Shown: positions 1 to 13,007 of the stretch, one piece after another
Layout of the letters: every line of letters begins with the position of its first letter
Numbering within the stretch: position 1 is the first letter of the stretch
Assembly: GCA_963693365.1 (NCBI GenBank)
Contig: CAVNZM010000009.1
Span: 2,730,231 to 2,794,230 of the forward strand
From: Amoebidium appalachense
Taxonomy: Eukaryota > Protista > Ichthyosporea
Reading direction: 5' to 3'
DNA length: 64,000 nt
Made by a program: the position numbers and the translations under genes
The notes under the pieces: generated by a model
The model's input: only the letters and a program-made list of their open reading frames with translations
The model's database searches: none
What the model was told of the DNA's origin: nothing

Positions 1-585
1 CAGCATCTGGGGCTCAAGGTAGTACATCATGGGCAGGTTGGAGGGTATCCCATGTTGCATGTGGTGCGCCGTCTGTGTAAGAAAAAGGGGTTAGAATTTG
101 TTGCAGAGCGCAGAGTACGTATGCCGTAAGGACAATACAACGCAGATTTGGCAGGAAACGGCATACACAATAGAGCATACATCGTGGCTAGAGCTCATAT
201 TACTAAAAGGGGGTGCAAGCTAAACACCCTGCCCTATTTTGACCCGTTCACCTCGTCGACGAAACCCAACTCAGATACTGCTTCACTTGAACATGGGTGG
301 GTCACCCGTCTTGATCAGAGACGAGCAGATTTACCTATGCAACCAGACATCACAAGCAAGAGTAGTGGGAAAGGCCGGGAATCAAGTTTCCAACAGTAAC
401 CGAAAAACAAGAAAAATATAGATAGAACCTCAGTAACCCTTCCTGGGGGAGAAAGGGGGGGGGGGGGGGGGGGGGGGGGTAAGAACGCATTTTAGAGGAC
501 GAATACACATACACAACGGACAACACAATGCAGAGTGCAAACTACACATGAAGAATATGCATTATAGGCAGAGCCCATCCTCGTG

Positions 586-619
<34 letters not shown>

Positions 620-2079
620 AGTCATCCAAGAGAGAAGGGGGGGGGGGGGGGGGGTTTGAATGCGTCAAAAAGTACGAAGTACACAAGAACAAACGGATAA
701 CACGATGCAGAATGCAAGCCATACATAAAGAGTATGCATAATAAGCAGAGCCCGTCCTCAGGGGGGGCCCACGTCATCCACAGGGGGGGAGGGGGGTTTA
801 AAAGACATACCTCGACTTGATCCAAGAAGGACTTTAGTGCAGGGGAGGAAGAAGGGTCAGCAAGTGGGCCAGGGCCTGTGGATGCGCATCTCTTATGCCC
901 CAGTGCGCCTACACTGTGTATGCCATCCACAGAGCTCACCGTTTTTGTGCTCAGAATGTCGTTTTGGCTCTGCGAACGCGTTGCTTCGACGGGTTTGCTT
1001 GTGGTGGGTTTCAGTGTGCTGAACGAGGTTGCAAATAGCTGCAGGGGAGGAAAGGGGGAAGGGGAAGGAGGGGAGGTGCGGGAAGGAGACAGGAAGGGGG
1101 GGGGGGGGGGGGGGTTAGTGCATATTATCAAAACCTGATTTATTAGAAAATACTAATTAAACTCAGGATATAGATAGGGCACGTGGGTTTCCACACATCA
1201 CAAGGAAGCAACCCTTGTAAGGACAGGTGGAGAGGTGGATAACGGCTACGGCAGTGGGGGGGGGAGCCTGTGGGGAGGGGGGGAGTGGGGAAGAGCCGCT
1301 TAGGGTATATGGTTGAATGAGCGTGACAAGTCGTACAAGGGGTACAGGGGAAAACTACCAACAAAAAGAGCGCAAGGGAATGCAGGGGTCGGGTGGGAGA
1401 GTGTGGGGGGAGGGGAGAGGGAGGATCAAGTCTGTGGGCGGGTGGTGGATAGCTCTTCGGAAACCTGCAGAGATGGCACCGACAAAAACAGGGAAATATT
1501 AGGAAAAGGTTATAAAAACACCGGAAAATGGGTAAAAATACCGGGACTGGTGGGGGAGACCTGCTGGCCTCCTCGATTGACCGCAACCGCAGCTTTCCGT
1601 TTTTCAACAAAACGGATGGGCTGGGTGGAGGTTTGGGGATGTTGGGACTGTCGGCAAACTTTGCTCTGTGGGTGGGTGCACACATAGATGTTTTTAGTAC
1701 ACGTAAGTGTTTTGCAATCGTAAGTGTTTTGCATACGTGCATGTTTTGCACAAACACGTGTCTAGCGCACGTACAATTTTAGCACACATGCACGTTTGGC
1801 AATCCTTTTTTTTTTTTCCTCCCTTTTTTTCTTGCTTTTTTTGGCGGGGGTGGGGGGGGGAGGGGGGAGGGGGGAGGGGTGGTTCTCAGTATATGGGTAT
1901 GGATGAGAAAGACATGACATGAGACAGGAGAGGGAAATGTGGTGACATAGGGAGGGGACGGGATGTGCAGGAAAAGAGAGGGAGAGGGAGGTGCCGGGGG
2001 GGGGGGGGGGGGGGGGGGGGAGGTGGTGAGTACACGAAAGTGTGGCGATTTGTGTGTGTGTGTGTGTGTTTGTGTGTGC

Positions 2080-2143
<64 letters not shown>

Positions 2144-3055
2144 ATGTGCATGTGTGTGTGTGCGCGCTCGTGCGCACGCATGTGTATGTGTGTGTGGGGG
2201 GGGGGGGGGGGGGGAGGATGCAGAGAGGGAGGGGGGAGGGGGGGGGGAGAGGGAGAGGGAAGGAAGGAGCAAGGAGAGAGAAAGGGGGGGGGGGGGGGGG
2301 GAAGGGACGGGGCGAGGGGGGGGGGGGAGAGGGGGAGGTAGGAGGAAGGAAGAGGGGGGAAGGAGGGGGAGGGGGTGGGAGAACGGGAGGGAAGAAGAAG
2401 GGGGGGGGGGGGGGGGGGGGGGGGGAGGGAAGAGGGGTCTGATGACGGTCAGGTAATAGACAATATGAGGAAAGGTGCATGTGCGGCTTGAGCCATGCTG
2501 GCTTGTGTGTGTGTGTGCGTGCACACGTGTGTGCATGTGTGCATAAGTGCGTGCATATGGGTCTGTAACTGCATACGTGCATGTGTTTGTGTGTGCCCTA
2601 GCGTGTGTGTGTTAACAGTGTTGTGTGTGTGCATGCATGCATGCATGCATACATGCGTACAGGTATGTATGTGTGTGTGCGCGCACGCATGTGTGTGCGT
2701 GTGCGTGCACGCATGTGTGTGTGTGTGCATGTGTGTGTGTGTGTTTGTGTGCGTGCGTGCGTGCGTGTATGTTCATGCGGAGTGACGGCATTGTGCACGT
2801 GTATGCCTGAGTCCGGGCGGGTGGGTATGTGAGGAGAGTATCATACTTAGAATATGATACACGATACGAAGTACAAATTAACGGTGGATAACATGTAACG
2901 TACACAAATCAGACATGCAACGTGCCACGGGGGGAGGGAGAGGGGCGGGGGGGGGGGGGGGGGGGGGCTCTGGCATGTGTGTGGGTGCTTTGGGCGTCTA
3001 CTTACCGCCAGACCCCCTCCCCCCCCCCCCCTCTCCCCTCCCCCCTTCCCCCCCT

Positions 3056-3100
<45 letters not shown>

Positions 3101-3299
3101 ACCACCACCACCACTACCACACACACACACACATACAAAACAGCACATCCCTCACATTGTTACCGACATACTTTGCCCCCCCCCCCCTCCCCCCCTCCCC
3201 CCCCCCCCCCCCCCCCCCCCCCTTTCCTTACCTCTTTTAGCATCATAATGCAACCCTCTCACCCCCCTTTCCCCCCTCTCCCCCCCTCCCTCCCTCCCC

Positions 3300-3330
<31 letters not shown>

Positions 3331-4696
3331 ACACACACACGAAAAGAAAAAGAAGGCAGTGCCTGAACATGATACCTTTGATTGAGAATGTTGTTCCGTA
3401 GGGCTATGCAGTAGTCTACAGGCTGGGCACTGGCCTGCCTGTCTTTGATTGCAGAGTCCAGAATCCATACCAGCTGTTTGTGGCCGGGGGGGGGGGGGAG
3501 GGGGGGGGGGGGGGGGGGGGTGATGTATGCGTTAGAGGGTTGGAGATATGGAGGAGACAACAAAGAGCAACAACAAAACGTCACAAACGTGGGAAATCCG
3601 AAATCAAAACAATTAAGCATGCAGGCAATAGACACTTGAACAGAGCCCATCATCAGGGGGGTTCCTATGCCTCCACAAAAGCATGGGCTTCGACTCTTTA
3701 ACCTCTCGCGCGTGGTTCCCAACCCATACTTTGTTTCAACAGCAATAGGCGAGTCCACCCGTCTTGGCCAAAGACGAGCAGGGTTGTTCAAGGTGCAGCA
3801 ATCTAAGAAAACAGAGTCTACAAAAACTGCAAGCAGCAAAAACCAAAGAAAACAAGCAGAGAAGTAGAGCATAAGCCGGGCTTCTACGACGGGGGGGGGG
3901 GGGGGGGTTAGGGGGGGTTGGGGGGGGTGGGGGGAGGGGGGAAGGGGGGAGGGGGGGGGGGGGGGGGGGGGGTGGGGGGGGGTGGGGAAGGGGGGTTAGG
4001 ACAGTCAACTTGCAACATGCAAAACCGCTGCCGAATCAACATCCTGCATATTCATATAGCGCAAGCCCGCCATTGAAGAGATTGGCATTTGAGGCATAGT
4101 TAATATGCACGCCTTCCAGGGTGCAAGGACTCAAACTATGTTATTGGATGATTGTCCCCAAGTTAGAAATGACCTTTATAACTTCTATTAGAAAAGGGAT
4201 TAGTGCTATTGTTTCAGTCAGCCCCAAGTACCATAGCCTCCCAAACAGTAGGGGTAAAGATTTATTTAAATTCATAAAACTGGGTTCTCATTGGAGACCG
4301 TGGTATATGTAAATTCGTAATAAAAGAATAGCACGTGTCACGTGCACATCAAAGTGAATAAGGAAGTGATCGCCTAACATCCCGACGTAGTAGAATAAAG
4401 GTTTTACAGTGGTTAGTGTTTGTGGGGAGATTTGTGGGATCGGGGGGGGGGGGGGGGGGGGGGGGGTTTGAATGCGTCAAAAAGTACGAAGTACACAAGA
4501 ACAAACGGATAACACGATGCAGAATGCAAGCCATACATAAAGAGTATGCATAATAAGCAGAGCCCATCCTCAGGGGGGGCCCACGTCATCCACAGTACCC
4601 GAGTTTCGACCTATTCCCCTCGTTAACGAAACCCAACTCAGATACTGTTTCACTTGAACATGAGTAGGTCACCCGTCTTGATCAAAGACGAGCAAA

Positions 4697-4732
<36 letters not shown>

Positions 4733-4997
4733 ACTTCAATGTCTATGTATGGATGAATTGGGAATATACCAGGAGGTCGGTAAAGAACGGCGTTCATTCA
4801 TGCAGCTATTTAGACACGTGCGTAAGTGTGCGTGTGTGCGCAGTTGCATGCGTGTGTGTATGTGCGCGTGCGTGCATGTGTGCGTGAGTGTGTGTGTATG
4901 TGTGTGTGTGTGTGTCGCATGCGCGTGTGGTGTGTGCGTGCATCACGTGAGTGAGTGCGTGTGTGCGTTCTTACATGCGTGTGGGTGTGGGTGATTT

Positions 4998-5066
<69 letters not shown>

Positions 5067-6656
5067 TGTTTGTGTGTGCTTGTGTGTGTGTGTGTGTGCG
5101 TGCGTGCGTGCGCGTGTGCTTACGTGTGCATATGCATGTGTGTGGGTGTGTATGGGTGTGTGGATTGCAAGTGTATGTGGTGTTCGTTCAATAGTGTGCG
5201 GGGAGAAGGGGGGAGGGGGGAGGGGGGGGTCTAATCACCGCCACAGCCCAGTTGAGGTGCCTGCAGCTATGGTGCAGCAAAAACCTCTCCACCCCATCTC
5301 CCGGCTGTGCCTTCATGATGCACAGTTTCCTGCACAATGCACCAACATCAGCTACACCACAACACTCTGGGTTGGAGATTATCCGCCTTTTCCGTTTTCC
5401 TTTCTAATCTGTTCACTGTACACTCGTTTCTCCCTCCTCCCCTCCTTCCCCCCTCCCCCCCCCCCCCCCCCCCCCTCTTCCCGATCCATTCCACCCCTCC
5501 CCTCCGCCCTCCCTGACCCTCCCCCTCCCCTCCGCCCTCCCTGCCCCCTCCCCCACCTCCCCCCTCTCCGCCCTCCCTGACCCTCCCCTCCTCCTCCCCC
5601 CCCCCCCACCTCCCCCTCCCCCACCCCTCTCCCGGTGCCTGCCCACCCACCCATGCCACCTACCTACCCAAATCCACCTAACACCACATTCAACACCCTC
5701 CACACCCACCAATACACAGCAACATGAACAAACACACGTCGCTCCGCGCAACGTGTCTTTGTCTACTCGCCCTTTGACAACGTGTCCTAACGCTTGAAGA
5801 GAACAGGAGCACGTCATCAAACAGTTGACAGTAGGGTGTCCGTGGGGAAGCTTTTTGAAGAGGGAAAAAGGCCGGGGAGGGGAGGGGAGAGGGGGTAGGG
5901 GGTAGGGAGTAAGGGGGGAAGATGAGACAGAAACGGGACAGGAGAGCAGCCAGAATAGGAGGGGAGGGGGAGGGGCGGGGGAGGGACGGGAAGAAGAAGA
6001 GGCAAGAGAGAGCGAGAGAGAGGTCAAGAGGGACGGAGACGGGCAGGCTGGCGGGTGGGCAGGCGCCGGGGGCGGGGGGGGAGGAGGGGGGGGGGGGGGA
6101 GGGGGGGGGGAGGGGGGGGGGGGGGGGGGTAATTACGCTAGTTGTGGAAGAAAAAACTCGACATCCTTGGCAGCCATATTCTGAAGGTAATTTGCAACAG
6201 TTAGTGAAGGTATATGGAAGAATGCCCACATTCATGCCAGTATAGCCGGGATCCAGAAAAGCATGTCATAATCACGCCCACAACTCAAGTCCATGGAAAA
6301 CTTGTGCATCATCCCGTTAGCAAACCAACCATGCTTGCCCGATATACCAGTGTTAGTACGTTTGTTCTTCCCCTTCCTATGCATAAATCCACCTCACACA
6401 GAAACATCGAAGGGATGTTACTCACAAATAGCTCGTTGCATAGGTAGTCCCGCACCCCCGAGTCTGGATACTTGAACAAGTAGGCAATGGCCATGAATGC
6501 GTCAAAGAACTCGGAACGGAAAAACCGCAACAGCCACGATACTTTATCCTTTGCCTGCGACAGTGGTTCCATGTTTACAGGTAGGGGCGCCGGAATGTCT
6601 TTGGTACCCCCTGAGGCAGCTGCCCCGATAGATGTGTCTGTGTATATCATGGCCAT
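1..6656 (-). CDS. PI4KB: Phosphatidylinositol 4-kinase III beta (PI4KB/Pik1-like), 5' part of a spliced gene that continues beyond the left edge
   Basis: Hand-assembled GT-AG exons: 6656-6426 (...SWLLRFFRSEFFDAFMAIAYLFKYPDSGVRDYLCNELF), 6180-6137 (NMAAKDVEFFLPQLA), 5329-5239 (KLCIM...VERFLLHHSCRHLNWAVA), 3473-3376 (LVWILDSAIK...), 1665-1561, 1038-811 and 72-1 (TAHH...YYLEPQML). These match the PI4KB helical-domain pattern SWLLRxF...YIGNRLF...DVDFYLPQL. The start ATG (6656 or 6650) and the phase across the 1561-1038 linker region are uncertain. Confidence 0.88.
90..440 (-). mobile_element. Diverged copy of the poly(C)-associated repeat
   Basis: Contains GAAACCCAACTCAGATACTGCTTCACTTGAACATGGG...CACCCGTCTTGATCAGAGACGAGCAG and AAGAAAAATATAGATAG, shared with the young copies. 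Boundaries are approximate. Confidence 0.7.
655..783 (-). mobile_element. Poly(C)-associated retroposon-like repeat, young copy A (~130 bp)
   Basis: Starts G-run-TTTGAATGCGTCAAAAAGTACG on +, is near-identical to the copies at 4467, 13006, 57890, 58811 and 60717, and has G-runs on both sides. Confidence 0.85.
3521..3890 (-). mobile_element. Diverged subfamily copy of the poly(C)-associated repeat
   Basis: Lies between G-runs and retains AGAGCCCATCATCAGGGGG and CACCCGTCTTGGCCAAAGACGAGCAGGGTT. Its left part (GATGTATGYGTTAGAGGGTTGGA) recurs at ~32760 and more weakly at ~25567. Confidence 0.65.
4467..4694 (-). mobile_element. Poly(C)-associated repeat, young copy B (~230 bp)
   Basis: Same fixed end TTTGAATGCGTC after a G-run, truncated at ...GACGAGCA and followed by a G-run. 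Confidence 0.88.
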
Positions 6657-8548
6657 AAGAATCTGCATGTTTTGCTTGTGCACAGGATCCTTTTTAAGGG
6701 ATTACCATGGCACTGGCAAGTGGAAAGATCAAATCGCCCGCTGTTTGTAGAACCTACGTTAGAGTACGGATCTAGGGTCTTGCGCACGTGTGTGCGTGTG
6801 CACCTGTAAGTGGGTGGGCATCCACAAGTTTGTGCGTACGTGTGTGTATGCTCCTGGTGATGTGCGCTCCTGTACACTTATGCCAGCACATTTATGCGGG
6901 GTGTGCCTGACTTTGCACGTATGCATATATGCGTGTACGTTAGCAAGTGCACTCTATGTACTTGAGTGCACCTGGGCGTGTGCAAACCTAACCTGTGGAC
7001 ACCTCTTGTCATGTGCTTGTACGTAGGTACACCAGGATGTGCTGCTTACGCACATGCCCTAAGAGGTGGGCGAATAAGGTTCTCAGCTAGATGAAGAAGA
7101 GGAATACTGAGAAAAAACACTGAAAGACAAAGCGTGTGAGCTCTCTTACCTTGGCCACATGCTTGGATCTGAATAACGGGCGAAGTCTGGCTCATTTCCC
7201 TAGTTCATGTCTGCAGGGCAGACTGCTTGGTTATAGGGTTCTGGATTTGATTCTTCTTTCATACCAAACGTTTTTCCTTGGGCGTCAATATGGTTCTACT
7301 GTTATGGTTGCTGTCCTTCAAGTTGCGCTTGAACCTCACAGAAAGGAGGGAGGGTTTATAGGTCAGGCGATTCCTTTCAAGTAAGGGCCTAGCTTGAGAG
7401 TCCTAACATGAGGGTGCGAGTGACTGGGATCTGGCGAAGCACAGGGACCAAATTCGCCACAAACGATAACTAGACTATAAACTAACCTATCTTTCTCTAT
7501 ATGAAGTTCAACCTTGATCCTTCTTCCCTCACAATCATGATAAACATGGGACTCGTTGCTAACAACATGTTGAAGTTCAAGTTGCAGGAATCTGCTATGT
7601 TTTAGGTCACCAACCATTTGCTCTGGAATGGTCACGTGATCTGTATGGCTATTAGTGATTGGCTTATTGGGTGCGTTTTCAGTGACTACTCTTCACTCTT
7701 CAAAGTTTCAAACTTTGAAAGCACACTTCGAAAAGGCAGTATCTTTAGTAAATAACAGGACAAGAAAATGCACGTTATTATGCTGCTTCTTTACTTTTAA
7801 CACCATTCAGCTTAAAGCTGGCAAGAGAGCCTAGGGTGCGCCTGCCTGTGGTGCACACTTGAACGCTCCAAGGGCAGTTAGCTGAATTTTTACGTGCATG
7901 ATACGCGTACGTTAACGACGTTCTTCGATCAGGCATGGGTAGAGGAAACACAAGACCTGAAGATAAGCGGATGCTATGCTTGGAGTCGAGGCATAATAAT
8001 TTTGGAAACAGGTAGGGTTTCTGTTTTAGTGAAATGATGCATCAAAGAGCCTAGTAGTGTTAGAACTAACGGTTTGAATGTTAGTGACACTAGCTTGCTT
8101 CTGCAAGCATGCACCAAGATCTGAAGACCGTCGCCTTGACCAGCACGCTATACACCACTGACCAGTTGCCTTAAACTTTGGAAGAATAGAAAGAAAGGTA
8201 AATGTAGTTAATGACAGGGATTGCATTGTGACATCAACTAGATCTTTTCTTTGGTTCTCATCTGTGCTAGAGTGCGATTTCTCAGGCCAACATCACCGCA
8301 CGTTGGAAGCTGCTGGGATTTTCTCAGTAAAAAGACAGTGCTACGAACATGCCACATTCTTACCGCACGTTCTGTATATAACTTTTGCCCTCATGTTCTT
8401 TAGCAGTGATGGTGACACGGCTAGCGCTGTGATATATGGATGGGTACGTTCACACACCTGAATGAATGGGTCCAATACCTAACACGTACTGACGTGTTGC
8501 CGCACGTGCGACGTTATACATCTACTTCATCTACTTCATCAGGCGTCC

Positions 8549-8588
<40 letters not shown>

Positions 8589-8679
8589 AAGGAGACACCG
8601 CCTCAGTAGGTGGTAGGTCCAATACCAGGAATTCACCGTTCTCACTTCTAATTGGGCAGGATCCATTTTCAGAAAGGCC

Positions 8680-8910
8680 GTGGTCGATCGCATATAGTAA
8701 AGATGTGTTTTTACCTGTTTTGACCTCAAAAAACGCGCCGGACACCCTATGTTGCTCATATAGGCAAGGTGTGTAGCTTATATTATACACTATTAATTAA
8801 AACACCAAAGCCTGTTTCCTATTCACAATTTAGACTTTAGCGTGTAAAAACGGATTTGGACTATGACCGGCGCCAGCATAGAATGGCTAGGCCCCACTTT
8901 TGAGCCGCCA
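8680..8910. mobile_element. Diverged MITE/foldback-like repeat related to 15950-16400
   Basis: The reverse complement of 8680-8880 aligns by eye with 15950-16150 (e.g. AGCAACATRGGGTGTCCGGCGC, CGGTCAT..CCAAATCC, GATCGACC). Confidence 0.5.
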
Positions 8911-8957
8911 AAATCAATCTGGAATCTGATATAGGTGAATTAGGCGGCTTATCATCA

Positions 8958-9039
8958 GGTGAGATGGCCGAGCGGTCTAAGGCGCTGGTTTAAGGCACCA
9001 GTCTCTTCGGGGGCGTGGGTTCGAATCCCACTCTCATCA
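8958..9039 (+). tRNA. tRNA-Leu (anticodon AAG)
   Basis: 82-nt cloverleaf: acceptor GGTGAGA/TCTCATC, anticodon arm CTGGT-TTAAGGC-ACCAG, long variable arm, T-arm GTGGG-TTCGAAT-CCCAC. Followed by a T-run Pol III terminator. Confidence 0.97.
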
Positions 9040-9260
9040 CTTTTTTTTTTTTTTTTGGAATGACAGTAACAAAATGCGCTACTTGCTTGCCTCCAGCGAC
9101 GTGCGCATCGATGTGCGCAACCATCTGACCATGGCCAGCTTTCACATTCGCTGGTTTCTATCATAGAAGCAAATTGTGTATTATAATAGGGCTGCTCGGT
9201 GGAAGCCAGCCCACCCTTTACTATGGCTGTTTAGTAGACGCCAGGACACCCTTGCACCAA

Positions 9261-9342
9261 GGTGAGATGGCCGAGCGGTCTAAGGCGCTGGTTTAAGGCA
9301 CCAGTCTCTTCGGGGGCGTGGGTTCGAATCCCACTCTCATCA
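9261..9342 (+). tRNA. tRNA-Leu (AAG)
   Basis: Identical 82-nt sequence followed by T6. Confidence 0.97.
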
Positions 9343-9970
9343 TTTTTTGCCCTTCTCTCTCCTTCCGCTTTTTGCCCTTCTCCTTCTTCTTTTCCCTAAA
9401 CCAACTTGTGCTTCAGACCCCAGACCCCCCCCCCCCCCCTCCCCCCCTCCACAACCGCGGCCCCCCGCGTCCCCCCCCCCCCCTCCCCACACCCCGTAGC
9501 TACCCTCCCCTCCGACGAAATCTTTCTTCGAGTTCTGTGCGTACCCTGCCCTTCCCTTGCCTGGCTGCCAGCGATTTGACTTTTTTCAACGAACTTCAGC
9601 ATTTGTGAACCAAAAGCGTCCCAACAAGGCTTGTGGGTTGCATCGTAGCTTGTTTTGGTCCGACATCACGGGTGTACACATCATGTGTGACGCCACGGTG
9701 TTAGTGTCTTGCATCGTTCATGTATACGTATGCGTACCATACGCCATAATAAGTGGGATGTTGCCACGTGCAAGGATGGATTATGTAATCAAAGCTGGTA
9801 GGTTTAGTGGGCAGTTTTCCCTAATTACACAGGTTACGAGCGCGGTCGGGTTGCGTAAGCAAAGGGATTTGCGCGTAGGCATGCATTTGCCAGTGTGTCT
9901 GTGTATATGCTAGCGCGCTTAAGACGCCGATAATCATCAACTTTTTGATTGCGCACGAAAGGGTGTGTGT

Positions 9971-10052
<82 letters not shown>

Positions 10053-10145
10053 GAGCTCGACCCATTGTTGTAAATGGACGCCGGCCGGGGCAAAGAGAGA
10101 GAACTATTATTATAGATGGCGCAGAGGACGTGTACATGTCCTTCA

Positions 10146-10209
<64 letters not shown>

Positions 10210-10712
10210 AAAAAAAAAAAAAAACACTCGGTGTGCGTTTAACCCTGGTCTCCCCCCCCACCCCGCTCCCCCCCCCCCCCTCCCCCCTCCCCCTACTCCC
10301 CCTGCCGCGCCCCCCCTCCTCTCCCTCCCCCCCCTCCACCGCCCTCCCGGAGTAGCCCCCCGTCCCTCCCCCTCCCCTCCAAAGACTCACCTGACTTGCA
10401 CACTCATACCCCGCCCGTAAAATTGCCTGCCCTTTCAAACATAGCTACCTGAACGTGGTGATCATAGCACAACGAATTGGAACACCCAGCTGTTTGCCCA
10501 TACAGGTCATAGTACAACATGACTCATATGCACATAAACATAGACTCATAAACCACATAAACAATTTAGAAGCACGACTGTACACGCGACACACACACCA
10601 GACGCTCCCATCATACCAATAAGCATGCGGTACATTGTCAAACATCGACACACACACACCGGTGACCGTCGGCCACACATAATCACACACACCGTGAAAC
10701 ACCAATTTTAAC

Positions 10713-10890
10713 GTGCAGATGCCGTCCGCCAATAAGAACCCCGTCGAACATGTGGTTGCGGTACGTGTTCATGAGGTTTTTGGGCAGCCGTGGTCATGCA
10801 TTTAAAGGCCCCCAGGGGGGCGAAGGAGGGGGGAGGGGGGAGGGGTCCAAGCCCGGGCCAGGAAAGGGGGAGGAGGCTGTTGGGGATGAA

Positions 10891-10954
<64 letters not shown>

Positions 10955-11047
10955 CGGGGGGGGGGGGGGGGAGGGGGGGGGGGGGGGGGTGCCCGTGAGC
11001 CCGTAGGCTTGGGCAAGGCAGGTTGGGGGTTGGGGGGGATGGGGGGT

Positions 11048-11084
<37 letters not shown>

Positions 11085-11244
11085 AGAGGGGGGAGGTTGG
11101 GGGTGGGGGGGTTGGGGGGGGGGGGGGGGGGGGGGAAGAGCATTAAAAATTTTGGTAGCGCATGCTCTCACGGCCGCGGTTGAATTCATCTAGCGTGTTC
11201 TTATTTCAACGGTAGGGTTCATAAATGACGGACGGCATCTGCAC
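10713..11244. mobile_element. MITE-like element with ~19-bp terminal inverted repeats
   Basis: Left end GTGCAGATGCCGTCCGCCA versus reverse complement of the right end GTGCAGATGCCGTCCGTCA (18/19), continuing loosely to GAACCC. Flanked by AC on both sides. Interior is non-coding and G-run rich. Confidence 0.6.
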
Positions 11245-11296
11245 ACAAACACACAGTCACATTACAGCACACGCCGGGCACACACACACACACTGT

Positions 11297-11351
<55 letters not shown>

Positions 11352-11360
11352 CACACACGC

Positions 11361-11419
<59 letters not shown>

Positions 11420-11944
11420 TTATCCACCACACGAAAGTGCACAATCAAACCCATGAAAATGCGCATGGCCACCGTCTGTCATAGAGCTATCACATACATG
11501 CTGCAGCAGTGCAGTAGGTGTCCACATACCCTCTGTCACAGTGTACACCAGCAGCTGACAACCACTGATCTCCGTATCATCAAATACTTTAAGTCTATTG
11601 AAGTTCAACATTGACTACCTTGCGGAAGTCACATGATATAAAGTGCTACGACATACAAAGTCGTTGCCTGTTGTGTTTTTAGTGGGCGGATGCCCTCACA
11701 TGCACGTGTATGTGCGTGTGTGTGCATATGTGTATGTGTGTGTGTGAGAGAGAGAGAGTTGAAGACATTCGGGGGGGATCGGGGGGGATGGGAGTGGGCC
11801 GGTGGGTGTTGGGTGCCGGTGTTAACTTTTTAGGGGGGGGCCCGGGCGGTTGCCACCAGGGGCTGGAGGGTGAAGGGGAAGCCGGGAATTGCGATGCCAT
11901 TGGGGATAACTCGCTCGGAATGGGGTGCCCCAGGGACATCAGTC

Positions 11945-11985
<41 letters not shown>

Positions 11986-12459
11986 GATAGGCTTTAATAA
12001 GTTTGTCTCATGAAAGTGCACACACCTATTACCCGTTTTTTTTTTTTAAAGCTTTTTCCCCATGGGTTGAACAGAAATCGAACCCCCCCTCCTCCCCCCC
12101 CTGCGCCATTTGCAGCTGTGCCGGTTCTCCTTAATCCTAATGTCGATATTTTACAATCAGATTTATTCCCCTTGGCCTGCGGCTCAAACTGCCAGCGGAA
12201 AAGGATCTTTAATAGTACTGGCACCGGTACATATATGATAAATTCACGGAATCACCCAGTGGACTGGTTTCCATATTACATAGAGCGGAACACAAAATTG
12301 GTGCCATTTCTTGTTCAAGATGTGAAAATTGAATAGAAGTCGGCCAGCAAAAGTTGCAAACCTTAGGTATATTTTCAGTAGCTTATGTACAGCCGTCCTC
12401 ATTACGGGTTTTTTGAAGCAAAGGGGGAAAAGAGCAAGAGGCAGTGAACAAAAATAAAA

Positions 12460-12541
12460 TGATGAGAGTGGGATTCGAACCCACGCCCCCGAAGAGACTG
12501 GTGCCTTAAACCAGCGCCTTAGACCGCTCGGCCATCTCACC
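12460..12541 (-). tRNA. tRNA-Leu (AAG)
   Basis: Exact reverse complement of the 82-nt tRNA, with T-runs downstream on the minus strand. Confidence 0.97.
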
Positions 12542-12751
12542 TGATGGCAGCGAGAATCTGTATTTGAAGAAACCTATATTTGATCTAGCGGATATGTGTA
12601 AACTGGATACTCTACCATCTACGGACCACTGTTCGCCCGAAACAGCATGTTGGGCAATGTATGATAGAAGGGAAATGGCATTTCTCGCTCATAATTATAA
12701 GACAAAGGACGGGAAAACAAAAAGAGAAAAAAAGAAAAAGGAAAAAAGAAG

Positions 12752-12833
12752 TGATGAGAGTGGGATTCGAACCCACGCCCCCGAAGAGACTGGTGCCTTA
12801 AACCAGCGCCTTAGACCGCTCGGCCATCTCACC
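12752..12833 (-). tRNA. tRNA-Leu (AAG)
   Basis: Exact reverse complement of the 82-nt tRNA, with a T-rich terminator. Confidence 0.97.
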
Positions 12834-12926
12834 TGTTGTTGAGCTTCGCCCCAAATCGCATAAGACCACTCTTGTAGCAAAGTTTTGCGTGGGTGGGTGG
12901 GTGGGTGGGTGGGTGGGTGGGTGGGT

Positions 12927-13005
<79 letters not shown>

Positions 13006-13007
<2 letters not shown>

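Noticed and set aside
7150-7635. ORF 7363-7635 (-)
   Set aside because: No recognisable protein. More likely a PI4KB 5' UTR exon (donor AAG/GTAAG at ~7149).
9971-10200. Poly(G) runs as two-colour sequencing artefacts
   Set aside because: Runs occur as both G and C and track gene strand and splice donors. Only their exact lengths are suspect.
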